DNA of 64,000 bases from Candidatus Daviesbacteria bacterium. Its GTDB lineage: Bacteria; Patescibacteriota; Microgenomatia; Daviesbacterales; UBA10151. Numbering within the stretch: position 1 is the first letter of the stretch; each line of letters begins with the position of its first letter. A program made the translations under genes and the position numbers. Under the pieces are notes generated by a model. The model was not told the origin of the DNA. It worked only from the letters and a program-made list of their open reading frames with translations, and searched no databases. Shown in pieces: positions 18,447-28,507 of this stretch. The stretch spans positions 1,824 through 65,823 of the forward strand of contig JACOXD010000003.1 in assembly GCA_016176465.1 (NCBI GenBank). The letters are read 5' to 3'.

Positions 18447-20186
18447 TTATTTTTTAAATTGCATTTTATACATCTCTTTTAACTCTTTAACGGTAGTTGC
18501 ATCTTCTGCTACCTTGTCTTTTTCTCTAAATTTAACTAGCCTTGGAAATCTAAGGGCATAGCCTATCCCATCTTTATCTTTACCTGCACTATGGTTTGGG
18601 GATCTGGTTATTTCATCTGCTAAAACTTCAATTACAATTTCTGGTGCTATCCAAACAGAAGGTTCTAAAATAGAGTTGACTCTGGCAGGTTTTTTATCTA
18701 CCTTAATTTTATCTGCCCTCTTGTGAATCTCTCTCCATTCTTCATCCGTTAAACCTGTACCAATTTTGGAAACAGTTACAAATTCATCTTTTTGAGAATC
18801 ATAAACTCCAACAAGCAGTGCTCCTGCACCAAAGGATGCTCTTTTACCCCTACCATAGATATATCCCAAAATTACACAATCTATTGTATCTTTAAGCTCT
18901 CCATCTGAGTGTCTTTTTAGTTTTACCCAATTAAAATTTCTTGCCCCTGCCTCATATGTTGAATCCACTCTTTTTGCAATTATACCCTCTAAACCTTTTG
19001 TTAAAGCATCTTGAAAAAGCTCATTTAACCTTCTAATATCTGTCACAACTTCTCCAGGTTGTGGAATTAATACTTCATCCCCTTTAATGTTTTTTTCAAG
19101 AATTTTGATTCTTTCTTCTAGTGTCTCATCTATCAAAGATTTCCCATTTAGATACATTGCGTCAAAAACAAAAGCCCTAAGTGGAAGCTTTTTAGCCATT
19201 TCTTCTATGCCGTGTTTTCTTCTACGTTTTGTAGTTTCCTGAAATGGTAAAAATTCTTCAGACTCTGGATTAAAGGCTAGGGCTTCTGAATCAAAAATAG
19301 CTGAGTTGGCTTTAACTTGAGAGAGCACACCTTTAATAATATCAGGGAACATATGTGTTGTTTCCTCCAAATTCCTTGAAAAAAGTCTTACATCATTACC
19401 CTTTTTGTGAATTTGTACTCTAAAGCCATCGAATTTTTGCTGGATATGGGCGCGACCGCCAAATTTTTCCATTATTTTCTCAGCACTAGGCAATCTTTCA
19501 GCAAGCTGAGATCTTAATGGCTTTCCTACTTCTACTTTTAAATCCTTTACCCCTTTTAAGCCCTTTTTCCAAAGCGTTTCTCCAATTAACCCTAAATCAG
19601 AGACTTTATTATATGCTCCCTCCAAAAGTTTACGTTTTGATTTGTCCCCTAATTTTAGTTTTGCAAAAGAATCTAAAATTGTTGGATCACCAATGCCCAA
19701 TCTTGAGGTGCCCAGAGGAACTCTTATTAAATGCTTTGCCTCAATTGTGCTTGATTTTTTAAGTAAATCAGAAAGTGCTGAAACTTTATTTTCAACCGTG
19801 CCATCACCGGAAAATTTAGCGATTTTTAAAAGAGATTCAAAAACTTCTGTGACTGTCATCCCCGATTTAATCGGGGATCCATGTTTTTTTGAAGCGAGTT
19901 CCTCCGCCACAGATCCTAAATCCCCAACTCTTCCATATTTTTCCAAAACCTCTTCTCTATCAACGTTATATGCTCTGGCTATAGCAGCAGCAACCGACCT
20001 CTCCGCCATCCCTATCTCAACTGCCTCATAAAAAGGCCCTACTCTTCCTTGAAGTAAATAACTTACCATCGCAATCTCTTCTTTTTTAACCCTTCTGAAA
20101 AGCTCTCCTAAAATCTCAATCAATTTAAGTCTAGAGGAAGTTTCCTCTAACTTTTCAAAATACTCTGCTAATTTAGAAAAAGTCAT
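18447..20186 (-). CDS. ATP-dependent DNA ligase (archaeal/eukaryal Lig1-like)
   Basis: Motif I KFDGFRVQIH (KxDGxR), an adenylation domain, and an OB domain. About 579 aa. Confidence 0.85.
   Translation of the reverse strand: MTFSKLAEYFEKLEETSSRLKLIEILGELFRRVKKEEIAMVSYLLQGRVGPFYEAVEIGMAERSVAAAIARAYNVDREEVLEKYGRVGDLGSVAEELASKKHGSPIKSGMTVTEVFESLLKIAKFSGDGTVENKVSALSDLLKKSSTIEAKHLIRVPLGTSRLGIGDPTILDSFAKLKLGDKSKRKLLEGAYNKVSDLGLIGETLWKKGLKGVKDLKVEVGKPLRSQLAERLPSAEKIMEKFGGRAHIQQKFDGFRVQIHKKGNDVRLFSRNLEETTHMFPDIIKGVLSQVKANSAIFDSEALAFNPESEEFLPFQETTKRRRKHGIEEMAKKLPLRAFVFDAMYLNGKSLIDETLEERIKILEKNIKGDEVLIPQPGEVVTDIRRLNELFQDALTKGLEGIIAKRVDSTYEAGARNFNWVKLKRHSDGELKDTIDCVILGYIYGRGKRASFGAGALLVGVYDSQKDEFVTVSKIGTGLTDEEWREIHKRADKIKVDKKPARVNSILEPSVWIAPEIVIEVLADEITRSPNHSAGKDKDGIGYALRFPRLVKFREKDKVAEDATTVKELKEMYKMQFKK
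19855..19880. repeat. short palindromic repeat element (gtcatccccgatttaatcggggatcc), in frame in the ligase gene
   Basis: Near-perfect palindrome ccccgatt/aatcgggg after a gtcatc terminus. It encodes SPIKSGMT. The same KSGM(T/D) peptide and gtcatccccga motif recur in the GT4 gene. Confidence 0.5.
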
Positions 20187-20189
20187 AAT

Positions 20190-20759
20190 TTATTCAAGAT
20201 ATACTGTTAATCTTTTAGCCCCCTCTCTACTGTCAGGTAATGCTTCCGCAGTATAATGGATTCCAAGTCTATCATAAAGATTTATTGCCGCGGGCCGGGC
20301 ATTTGTCTGATAAATTTTAATTCCCAACCTCTTTAAGGTTTCAATTCTAATTCTTAAGATTTCTGTCCCAATACCCTGTTTTTGAACATCGGATCTTACA
20401 CTAATAAAAGTTTCATTTAGGGAATCTAGAGCACTATGAGGTGTTTTATTTATAACGACCATGCTATATCCCATTAGTTCACCCTGTTGATCCCTTGCTA
20501 AGACTATAGATGCAGGATTATTGTTGAGTTTTGCAGTTTTTACAGCAGTCAATGCTTTGCTATTTACATAGGCTGTTTCCCAGCTATCTTCCCATTTTTC
20601 AGTTTTACCTTCCACTTCCTCTAAAGCTAAGTTTATTGATTTGTCACTAAATTGACGTAAATCTTCTAGATCTTGATCAGTGATCTCCTGCGCTCCCTTT
20701 ACTTGAAATTGTATGCGGGTCAGTAACTCACTATTTTGCGGACTAGACTCATCAACCAT
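20190..20759 (-). CDS. GNAT-family N-acetyltransferase
   Basis: Acetyl-CoA-binding motif VRSDVQKQGIGTEIL (R/Q-x-x-G-x-G/A). Confidence 0.7.
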   Translation of the reverse strand: MVDESSPQNSELLTRIQFQVKGAQEITDQDLEDLRQFSDKSINLALEEVEGKTEKWEDSWETAYVNSKALTAVKTAKLNNNPASIVLARDQQGELMGYSMVVINKTPHSALDSLNETFISVRSDVQKQGIGTEILRIRIETLKRLGIKIYQTNARPAAINLYDRLGIHYTAEALPDSREGAKRLTVYLE

Positions 20760-20806
20760 ATTACTAAAGAGAAGTTGATTATATAACGAAAATCTTCAAA
20801 TATTAC

Positions 20807-21883
20807 CTACTTTAAAATATATATAGCTCTTTTAGTCCCCCCTACTTTTTTAAGTAATCCTTTTTTCCTTAAAAATCTAAGTTCCCTTAAAACTGTATCA
20901 TCTGAGAAATCTGGAAAGATTTTTCTAAAATCTTTATTCATCATTTTAGAATGGCGGTGTAAATACTCCATTATTGCCATTTGCCTTTCATTTAGTTCAA
21001 CCTGCTCTCCTAATTTATCTTTAACATGAGAATCAAGGGAAATTTTTCTGACCCTCTCTTTAATTCTATTTAACTCAATTGCCACCCCTTCTACAAAATA
21101 TTCTATCCAAGGAGTTAAATCCCGTTCATGAATATCTAAAACTAACTGATTAGAAACAGCTTGCAGTGTTAAGTAATAATCCATTGGATTAGAATCGAAA
21201 TATTCCTCAAATGAAAAAAACTTTCTGATATCGTATCCATCTAAAAATAAAATTAAGGTCGCAACAGCCCTAGCTGCCCTGCCATTACCATCCACAAAAG
21301 GGTGAATCCTGGCTAGTTCATAGTGAATAATTCCAGCTTTTACCACAGGATGTACATCCTTGCATTCGTCTGAGTTGATCCAATTAATTAAATCCTCAAC
21401 CAAATATGGTACTTCTGCTGCTGGAGGAGGAGTGTAGGAAATAGTTCCTGTTTTAGTATTTTTGATTACTACTTGTTTAGACCTAAATTGACCTGATTGT
21501 TCAGGAGCCAAAATTCTCTCTGTTGTAATCCGATGAATTTCAAGGAGTGTTTCAATTGTTAAAAAATATGGAGTTCCTGCACCAATTTTAGATGAGATCT
21601 CATCAATAAATTTTAAAACATTTCGATAGTTTATAACCTCTTGGATATCCCGCTCTCTGGCAATTACTTCTCTACCCTCTAAGACATCAATGACTTCTTC
21701 CTCGGATAACTTGTTACCTTCTAAATGAGTCCCATGGTGAATTGTTCTTTCAATTGCTTCTTTCCTAAATTTTGCTTCCCAAGCAGGGATTAAAGGAGAA
21801 TTTAAAATTACCTCCCTTGAGGCCTCGATTATTCCTATATTTTTTAAAATTTTATTAGTAATAGTAAATTTTGTTATAAACAT
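20807..21883 (-). CDS. Fic/DOC-family protein (putative AMPylase) with a C-terminal wHTH
   Basis: Canonical Fic motif HPFVDGNGRAARAV. Confidence 0.8.
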   Translation of the reverse strand: MFITKFTITNKILKNIGIIEASREVILNSPLIPAWEAKFRKEAIERTIHHGTHLEGNKLSEEEVIDVLEGREVIARERDIQEVINYRNVLKFIDEISSKIGAGTPYFLTIETLLEIHRITTERILAPEQSGQFRSKQVVIKNTKTGTISYTPPPAAEVPYLVEDLINWINSDECKDVHPVVKAGIIHYELARIHPFVDGNGRAARAVATLILFLDGYDIRKFFSFEEYFDSNPMDYYLTLQAVSNQLVLDIHERDLTPWIEYFVEGVAIELNRIKERVRKISLDSHVKDKLGEQVELNERQMAIMEYLHRHSKMMNKDFRKIFPDFSDDTVLRELRFLRKKGLLKKVGGTKRAIYILK

Positions 21884-21886
21884 AGC

Positions 21887-22603
21887 TTAATTTTGCCTCT
21901 TTAAACTTTTAGTTTTCCAAAATCTCATCAAGAAAATTCCCGCTATAACTATTATAAAGAATAAAATAGTATAGCGGATCAAAAGTAGGAGTAATATTTC
22001 TCCAAATATATAAAAAATCACTCCCCAGATACTCATCCAAAAAAGGGTTGAAATTAAAGACAGAGTAAAAAAATTATAAAATTTCATACCAGCTGTACCA
22101 GCAGCTAAAGATAAAAATGAGGCAATTGTTGGATTAATAAAGCCTAAAATTAACCCCCTATAGCCTAATTTATTCAGTTGATCCTCTGATGTTTGCAAAA
22201 AATTTTTATAGCCTAGTTTTTTGACAACTTCACCAAAACCATAATAACCTAATATATAATCTAAACTATAGCCTAAAACTACACCTGATGAGGCAGATAA
22301 AATAGATAAAGTTAAATCAACTTGACCGGTTCGCGCAAAGATTGCACCCATTGCCATGCCCAAAGTTCCAGGTACAAAAAAATTAACCAAGACTGAAGCT
22401 TCAAGTAAAGCTGAGGTAAAGATTATTTGATAGCCAAAGCTTTCATATAAATGCCCAAAACTTTTTACTACCTCAGATGCAGTTGGAAAATAACCTCTGG
22501 CAATTATTAAAAATACAATATATATAGTGAGTAAAAGAAGCGGTAGTATTAAATCTCCTTGAAAGATTTTGGCCAAAAAGGAACTTTTAGTATTCTTTTC
22601 CAT
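21887..22603 (-). CDS. DedA/TVP38-like integral membrane protein
   Basis: Polytopic protein. FFVPGTLGMAMGAIF resembles the DedA re-entrant loop motif. Confidence 0.4.
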   Translation of the reverse strand: MEKNTKSSFLAKIFQGDLILPLLLLTIYIVFLIIARGYFPTASEVVKSFGHLYESFGYQIIFTSALLEASVLVNFFVPGTLGMAMGAIFARTGQVDLTLSILSASSGVVLGYSLDYILGYYGFGEVVKKLGYKNFLQTSEDQLNKLGYRGLILGFINPTIASFLSLAAGTAGMKFYNFFTLSLISTLFWMSIWGVIFYIFGEILLLLLIRYTILFFIIVIAGIFLMRFWKTKSLKRQN

Positions 22604-22648
22604 TGTATAATCAGTTGATTATACAATTCCTGCAGAATTACCGCAAAA

Positions 22649-23071
22649 TTACCTCAGAGATCTCTCCTTTGTCTGTACGTGTCCATTTGTTGGATAGCCC
22701 TCCACCACAACTAGCCTATCCTCAGGTATGAACTGGGTAGCATCTGCCTGATGCGAAAGAAGTACTCTCCTCCTCTTGATTAGTTCCACCACTTCTAAAA
22801 TCGGTCTACCATCGCTATAATACCTAAATTCTTCGGGGGTTGCTAACTTACGATCATCCGGCGATATTAACTCATAAATAGAAGGTCGAGGTAATCCACT
22901 AGTTCGTCTAATACTGTCAATTACCTCCTTGAGTGATCTACCATCATATCTACCGAATCCACCGGTTAATACCTTAAGAGGTATCGGATTAGGGTTTCTT
23001 ATAGCTTCCAATGCATTTCTTTGTTGCTCTGTTAATCCTGTTGTTCCATCCTTAACTTCAACTGCAGGCAT
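22649..23071 (-). CDS. hypothetical protein (GC-rich ORF downstream of pyrB)
   Basis: 140-aa ORF with a clean coding frame. No Cys residues and no match to PyrI. GC content is higher than the surroundings. Confidence 0.4.
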   Translation of the reverse strand: MPAVEVKDGTTGLTEQQRNALEAIRNPNPIPLKVLTGGFGRYDGRSLKEVIDSIRRTSGLPRPSIYELISPDDRKLATPEEFRYYSDGRPILEVVELIKRRRVLLSHQADATQFIPEDRLVVVEGYPTNGHVQTKERSLR

Positions 23072-23086
23072 CTTTTTTACCTTTAA

Positions 23087-24028
23087 TTAAATCCTTCCTA
23101 AAACTAATGCTAGTAGTGCTTCTCTAATATACATCCCATTTCTGGCCTGTTTAAAATAAATTGCTTTGGGATTTGAATCTACCTCTGGATCCATTTCATC
23201 AACCCTAGGTAGTGGATGCATTAAAATACTATGCTTGGGCAATATATCCATAGTAGCCTTATTAATTAAATAAGAGAACTCTTTAACCTTTTTCTTCATA
23301 TATTCTTTGGGGATTCGACCGGCGTAAACCACATCTGGTTTAATCTGCTCTAAAGTTTTATCTAAATCTTTCATATTGATTGCAAGATCGTTATAACTTT
23401 CACTTTTAAACTGATTGTCCATCTCTAAACCAGCGGGAGAAATGCCAAATATTTTATTTTTGGCAAATTTAAATAAAGCAACTGCTAAACTTCTCATGGT
23501 GCGATAATGTTTTGGATCGCCTACAAAAGCAACTTTTAATCCCTCAAGTCTTTGAAAAACTTTTTGAATGGTATAAAGATCAAGCAGGGTTTGGGTTGGA
23601 TGCTGATTAGGACCATCACCGGCATTGATGACTGGAATTTCAGCGATATCGGCAGCTCTTTTTGCAGATCCGACCTCAGGATGTCTGATAATTAAGACAT
23701 TAGCGTAGGATTCCATAATTCTAATTGTGTCATTAAAGGTTTCCCCTTTATGCATTGAAGTTACATTTAAGTCGTTAAACCCAATGACTCCCATTCCTAT
23801 TTTTTGGGCGGCCGATCTAAAGGATTGTTCAGTTCTGGTTGATGGTTCAAAAAAAAGATGAGCTGCAATTTCACCTTGAGCTATAGTGTAGTTAGATCTT
23901 TTAGACCTTTTTAAAAAATCCGGATCAAATTTTCTGGCTATTTTTAAAAGAAAAAGCAACTCCTCTTTTGAAAAATCATTAATATCTATTATGTCCCTAC
24001 CTTCAAATGCCTTCGATAGTTTCACCAT
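23087..24028 (-). CDS. pyrB: aspartate carbamoyltransferase catalytic subunit
   Basis: STRTEQSF (STRTR-type carbamoyl-phosphate site) and HPTQTLLDLYTI (HPxQ) motifs. Confidence 0.85.
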   Translation of the reverse strand: MVKLSKAFEGRDIIDINDFSKEELLFLLKIARKFDPDFLKRSKRSNYTIAQGEIAAHLFFEPSTRTEQSFRSAAQKIGMGVIGFNDLNVTSMHKGETFNDTIRIMESYANVLIIRHPEVGSAKRAADIAEIPVINAGDGPNQHPTQTLLDLYTIQKVFQRLEGLKVAFVGDPKHYRTMRSLAVALFKFAKNKIFGISPAGLEMDNQFKSESYNDLAINMKDLDKTLEQIKPDVVYAGRIPKEYMKKKVKEFSYLINKATMDILPKHSILMHPLPRVDEMDPEVDSNPKAIYFKQARNGMYIREALLALVLGRI

Positions 24029-24083
24029 ATCTTTTTATCGTTAAAGTATCTGCAAAGCCTGTTGCGAAAATGCCAAAAATCCT

Positions 24084-24106
24084 AAAAAAAACCGCCTCCT
24101 CGGCGG
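24084..24106 (-). terminator. rho-independent terminator downstream of recF
   Basis: Minus-strand hairpin ccgcc-gagga-ggcgg followed immediately by UUUUUUUU. Confidence 0.55.
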
Positions 24107-24392
24107 TCAATATTTATTAAATCAATCAAGTATTAAATTTTTGATACATTTTACTTAAAGGTAAGTTTACAAAAAAAATAAACTCTCTGTCAAGTAGTTT
24201 TTTGCAATCAAAACAATAATTTATTAAAATCTTGGCATGGCACAAAAAGAAACCCAAAAAGAGAAAGCTTTTCACCAACAATTAATAACTCAACTTATAA
24301 CTTTATCTACCTCAGGGAACCTAGTATTCCAGGTTCAGGATTAATCTATAAACTGCTCTATGCTCTTTTGGTAACACTTTTAGCAGTTTTCA

Positions 24393-25505
24393 TTACTTAT
24401 CAGTTATCTCGTTTAGCTGCCCGTTTTCAACACTAAAAATATTTGCCTCTTTCAGCTTATCTTTCAAATAATAATCCAATTCTATAGCAGTAATTATAGT
24501 TTGTTGTAACTCAGTTAAAGCAATTACATGCTCTCTATGATTTAAATCTAACTCAGAGAATACATCATCCAAAAGTAAAATAGGACGCTTACCTAAAATT
24601 TTTTCTACAAATGAAGCTTCAGCTATTTTTAGATCTAAAACTGCTGTCCTTTGTTCTCCTCTAGATCCAAAATGCGCTAGGTCTTTATTTTCTCCATTAT
24701 CTAGTGCAATAAATTTGAAATCATCCCTGTGCGGTCCTATCAAAGAAGAAGCAGATGCTATTTCTCTTGGAAGATACTCCTCTAACCTTTCTTTTGAAGT
24801 TTCACTTTTTAAATATTCAAACTGATAATCTCCAAATTTTTTCTCAACACTGTTAATGAATTTAAAAAAATCTGCCCTCTTGAGAGTAACAATTTGCCCT
24901 AAATTAATTTGTTGGTTTAGCCAAAAAGTTAGCTCATCCATTTTGCCAAGCCCTTCTTTAATTTTTTTTAAGATTCTATTTTTTTTAATTACAACTTCTT
25001 CATACTGCGTTAAAACTTTTTTATACTCCTTATCAATTTGGGCTAAAGTTAAATCAATATGCCAGCGCCGCAAAGACGGGGCTCCTGTAACTAAATTAAT
25101 ATCTTCAGGTGAAAAACTAACCACAGCTAAATTTCCAATATAGTCTAAAATTCTTTTTGGAATCTTATTTACCTTTACTCTTTTTGTTAATCCTCTTTGT
25201 TTATCCTGAGGGCTTCGACTGAGCTCAGCCGAATGTCCGGAGCCGAAGGACATCATTACAATTTCTAAAGATGTTTTATCTTCCAACTCCCCCTCCACCC
25301 TTAAAACAACTTGTCTTTTTTTAATTAACTCCTCATCTTTATCCGCTTTAGGGGATTTCGTAGTTGCTAAAAAATAAATGCTTTCCAAAAAATTAGATTT
25401 TCCCTTTGCATTATCCCCAACTAAAATAGTTAAGGGAGATTTAAATTTAAAATCCAATTTAGAATAAGTTCTAAAATTAGTAAGTTTTAGAGAATTTAAA
25501 AACAT
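24393..25505 (-). CDS. recF: DNA replication and repair protein RecF (carries an in-frame palindromic insert)
   Basis: N-terminus LTNFRTYSKLDFKFKSPLTILVGDNAKGKSNFLESI (Walker A) and an ABC-ATPase signature region. Confidence 0.85.
   Translation of the reverse strand: MFLNSLKLTNFRTYSKLDFKFKSPLTILVGDNAKGKSNFLESIYFLATTKSPKADKDEELIKKRQVVLRVEGELEDKTSLEIVMMSFGSGHSAELSRSPQDKQRGLTKRVKVNKIPKRILDYIGNLAVVSFSPEDINLVTGAPSLRRWHIDLTLAQIDKEYKKVLTQYEEVVIKKNRILKKIKEGLGKMDELTFWLNQQINLGQIVTLKRADFFKFINSVEKKFGDYQFEYLKSETSKERLEEYLPREIASASSLIGPHRDDFKFIALDNGENKDLAHFGSRGEQRTAVLDLKIAEASFVEKILGKRPILLLDDVFSELDLNHREHVIALTELQQTIITAIELDYYLKDKLKEANIFSVENGQLNEITDK
25204..25254. repeat. GC-rich palindromic repeat element, in frame in recF
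   Basis: tcctgagggcttcgactgagctcagccgaatgtccggagccgaaggacatc, with a perfect ctgagctcag palindrome. It shares ctgagctca / cgaagggctt with the PolA copy at 34250. It encodes SFGSGHSAELSRSPQDK. Confidence 0.5.
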
Positions 25506-25506
25506 C

Positions 25507-26874
25507 CTACTTTTCCCAGTGTCCCAATCCTAAAAATTCCCTTACTTTAAAGGGTAAGTGTTTTTTCTCAAAATAAAAATCTGGTTTTAAAATTAAAAGT
25601 CCAAATAAAATTATAAATCCTCCAATTCCAATAAATATAGGAATTGTCCCTACTTTATCCGCCACTACTCCTGTTAACAAAACAGGGATTAAAGATAAAC
25701 CAGACATTAGGGCAATTAAAGCACCATATACCTTTCCTCTATTTTCCTCAGGAGTATTTTGCTGCAGTACGGTTTGGGATGGAATAATAATAGCAACTAC
25801 CGCAGCGCCTATTAGAAAAGATCCCAAAGACATCACTCCTGATAAAAAAGGCTGGGAGAAAAAAGGTGCTGGTTGAGTAGGAATATATTTAATAGCAGGA
25901 GAAAGTAGTGGAACTAACCCAATTAGAAAAAGGAATAACCCTCCTGCCAAAATTGCTCTTCCAACCAAAATTCTTTTTGGAAAAAAATGACCAAACTTTC
26001 CAATAAGGAATGCTCCTAAAACAGTACCCAAACCTAACGGTAATATAACAATATATGATGCATCTGTGGCACTTACCTTTAACCTAGTTTCTAAGAAAGC
26101 GGGCAGTAATGTAGCAGATACACCAATCACAGTTTGGACACCAGCTAAGATAATAATAGAGTATAAAACAGCTAATTTCCCTTTAATCATTTGGAGGGTT
26201 TTTTTAATTTGAACAGTTGAGTGATCAAACAATTTAGCTAAATTTCTTTTTTGAATATCTTTGATTAGTCTTTTATTATATGAATCTGCCTTGGCAGTAA
26301 TGGATGGAAACTTCAGCGCTAAAATAAAGGCTATTACTAAAGAGACTCCCCCGATTATAAAAACAAAATCAATTCCCAAGTATACAATTATTGGACCGGA
26401 AAGTCCAAAACCGATTAAAAACATGGCAAAAAGTGTAATAGAAAATAAAGAATTGGCCCTGAAAAATTGATTTGGTCTAACTATTAAAGGGAGTGCTGAT
26501 GATTCAGCAGGAATATAAAATTGAACTAAAGAATTTACTAAAAAAACCAAAATTAAAATAGCCGGGAAATAAAACTTAAGGAACAAAAATAAAAAAAATA
26601 GTATAGCTAGTAAAATATCAATAGATAAAATAATTTTTTTACGATCAATTAAATCAGCTAAAACACCAGAGATCACTCCAAATAAAGTGGCCGGTAAATA
26701 GATACAAAAAAGTAGTGCAGCAACTGCTAGATTAGAACTTGTTAAATAATATACCCAAAAAAGGAGGGCAAAGTTTAAGCTATTTTGAGAAAATTGGACT
26801 AGGATTTGATTTAACCAAAGATTTAAAAATCCCCTATTTTTAAGTACCGGGCTGAAAGATTGAACATTTTCCAT
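25507..26874 (-). CDS. MFS-type transporter
   Basis: About 12 predicted TM helices in a 6+6 arrangement with a basic central loop. Confidence 0.55.
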   Translation of the reverse strand: MENVQSFSPVLKNRGFLNLWLNQILVQFSQNSLNFALLFWVYYLTSSNLAVAALLFCIYLPATLFGVISGVLADLIDRKKIILSIDILLAILFFLFLFLKFYFPAILILVFLVNSLVQFYIPAESSALPLIVRPNQFFRANSLFSITLFAMFLIGFGLSGPIIVYLGIDFVFIIGGVSLVIAFILALKFPSITAKADSYNKRLIKDIQKRNLAKLFDHSTVQIKKTLQMIKGKLAVLYSIIILAGVQTVIGVSATLLPAFLETRLKVSATDASYIVILPLGLGTVLGAFLIGKFGHFFPKRILVGRAILAGGLFLFLIGLVPLLSPAIKYIPTQPAPFFSQPFLSGVMSLGSFLIGAAVVAIIIPSQTVLQQNTPEENRGKVYGALIALMSGLSLIPVLLTGVVADKVGTIPIFIGIGGFIILFGLLILKPDFYFEKKHLPFKVREFLGLGHWEK

Positions 26875-26934
26875 ACTGGATTTTTTATTGTCTTAAAATT
26901 TTGGAAGCTTTGGTATTGGGGTATTTTAGCACTT

Positions 26935-27279
26935 CTAGAATAAGCCAGCTCTACTTGCAAAAAGTGATGCCCGGCATACAGCAGACACTGCTCTTTCTGG
27001 CAAATTCTGAAGACTTGCAAGTAATGGCCTCAAAGTTGATGTAGGTTGCCCAAAAAGCTCATTTATAATCTCATCTACAGGAGGTAAATCTTCCTCTTTA
27101 ATAAAAGGAAGATCTATTTTTTTGATTCCATTTGTAGGATCCCATAAACTGGAATCAACCATATCTTTTGGATCTTGTGTAGATGAAGCAAACCCTTCTA
27201 TTTTCAATTCCCTAACAACCGGTCCCATACCCGAGAAAACTCTAGCTATTGTTTCTCCATCTTCCATAATAAATGCCAT
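26935..27279 (-). CDS. hypothetical protein
   Basis: 114-aa ORF with no recognisable motifs. Confidence 0.35.
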   Translation of the reverse strand: MAFIMEDGETIARVFSGMGPVVRELKIEGFASSTQDPKDMVDSSLWDPTNGIKKIDLPFIKEEDLPPVDEIINELFGQPTSTLRPLLASLQNLPERAVSAVCRASLFASRAGLF

Positions 27280-27314
27280 ATATATTTAGTCTAAACCCTA
27301 ATATCCTTTTTCTG

Positions 27315-28490
27315 TCAAGACTTAATATTTTCATTTACTAACTCTAAAACTTCCTTTTTAAACTTATTCTTAGAAAATTTTTCTGCATGTTTTCTAAGAA
27401 AAGATGAACTATACTTATCTTGATCAAATTTTTCTAATACCTTAACTAGTTCCTCTACTTTTGCCTCCTTGAAAAACTCACCTGTTTTCCCATTAATCAT
27501 AGTTTCTAAATACCCTCCTGCTTTAACAGCTATTACAGGGGTACCTGAGGCAAATGCTTCGACTACTGTTATTCCAAAATCCTCATCCTCAGATGAGACA
27601 ATTAACGCCTTAGCATTGGAAAGTAAACTTACTCTTTCTTCATCCGTTACTTCTCCTAAAAACTCAACATTTTTCCCTGCAAAAGCTTTTAACTCATCCA
27701 TTTGTGGCCCCACTCCTGCCACTTTTAATGGTAAATTCAATTTAGTTGCTGCTGCAACAGCTATCTCGGTCCCTTTCCCTCTCACTAATCTTCCCAGTGA
27801 TAAGAAATACTCACCTTTATCTGTCATCCCCGACTTGACAACCGAAGGTTGCAAGGTTTTAAGCGTAGCGAGAGTTCTTATCGGGGATCTATTAGATTCC
27901 CGCTTTCGCGGGAATGACGAAATATCAACCGGCGGATAAATTACCAAAGAGTCTCTTCTATAGAATTTTTTAATTCTTTCTTGAACATTTTTAGAATTAG
28001 CCACTAAGATACTTGGCCGCTGTGATACTTCAAAATCCCAAATTCTTAAAAAGTGGTTTAAAATTTCCCCTCCAATTCTGGTTAGCATATGCTTTTTATA
28101 GTTAAAAGAAGTGGTATATCCATATAAATATCTGGGAGGAGTATGGATGTAGCTAATGTGTAGTTGACTGGGTTTAGTTAAAACAGCTTTAGCAAAGTAA
28201 GTATTACAAGATGAAATCACTACATCAAAGGAAGATAAATCAAAACTTTCAAAAATTTTCTTTGCAAAAATCCTAGAGGGTGAAATAAATTTTGAGGCAA
28301 ATGGAAAGTTTTGCAGCCAGGAGGATCTTAAATCCCAATTTTTTATCCTATTTTTATGAGGGCCTAACTTATCTAAATTATAGTAAGCAGTAAAAATTGG
28401 AGCTTGCGGGAAAATTTCATGTAAAGCCTCTAGAACTCGCTCAGCCCCACCAAATTCCCATAAATAATCATGTACCAAGGCAACTTTCAC
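27315..28490 (-). CDS. GT4-family glycosyltransferase with a 32-codon palindromic insert
   Basis: MKVALVHDYL ... GGAERV at the N-terminus. The E-x7-E region (VSSEDEDFGITVVEAFASGTPVIA). Confidence 0.75.
   Translation of the reverse strand: MKVALVHDYLWEFGGAERVLEALHEIFPQAPIFTAYYNLDKLGPHKNRIKNWDLRSSWLQNFPFASKFISPSRIFAKKIFESFDLSSFDVVISSCNTYFAKAVLTKPSQLHISYIHTPPRYLYGYTTSFNYKKHMLTRIGGEILNHFLRIWDFEVSQRPSILVANSKNVQERIKKFYRRDSLVIYPPVDISSFPRKRESNRSPIRTLATLKTLQPSVVKSGMTDKGEYFLSLGRLVRGKGTEIAVAAATKLNLPLKVAGVGPQMDELKAFAGKNVEFLGEVTDEERVSLLSNAKALIVSSEDEDFGITVVEAFASGTPVIAVKAGGYLETMINGKTGEFFKEAKVEELVKVLEKFDQDKYSSSFLRKHAEKFSKNKFKKEVLELVNENIKS
27823..27918. repeat. palindromic repeat element, in frame in the GT4 gene
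   Basis: gtcatccccgacttgac...tcggggatc...ttcccgctttcgcgggaatgac. Terminal inverted repeats gtcatcccc / gggaatgac, with an internal perfect palindrome ttcccgc-tttc-gcgggaa. 96 nt, 32 codons. Confidence 0.55.
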
Positions 28491-28507
28491 TTCTAAATTG
28501 TAGCAAA

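Noticed and set aside
22649-23071. Possible aspartate carbamoyltransferase regulatory subunit (PyrI) downstream of pyrB
   Set aside because: Position suggested PyrI, but the product has no Cys residues (PyrI has a C-terminal Zn-binding Cys4 cluster) and no similarity to the PyrI allosteric domain, so it is left as hypothetical.
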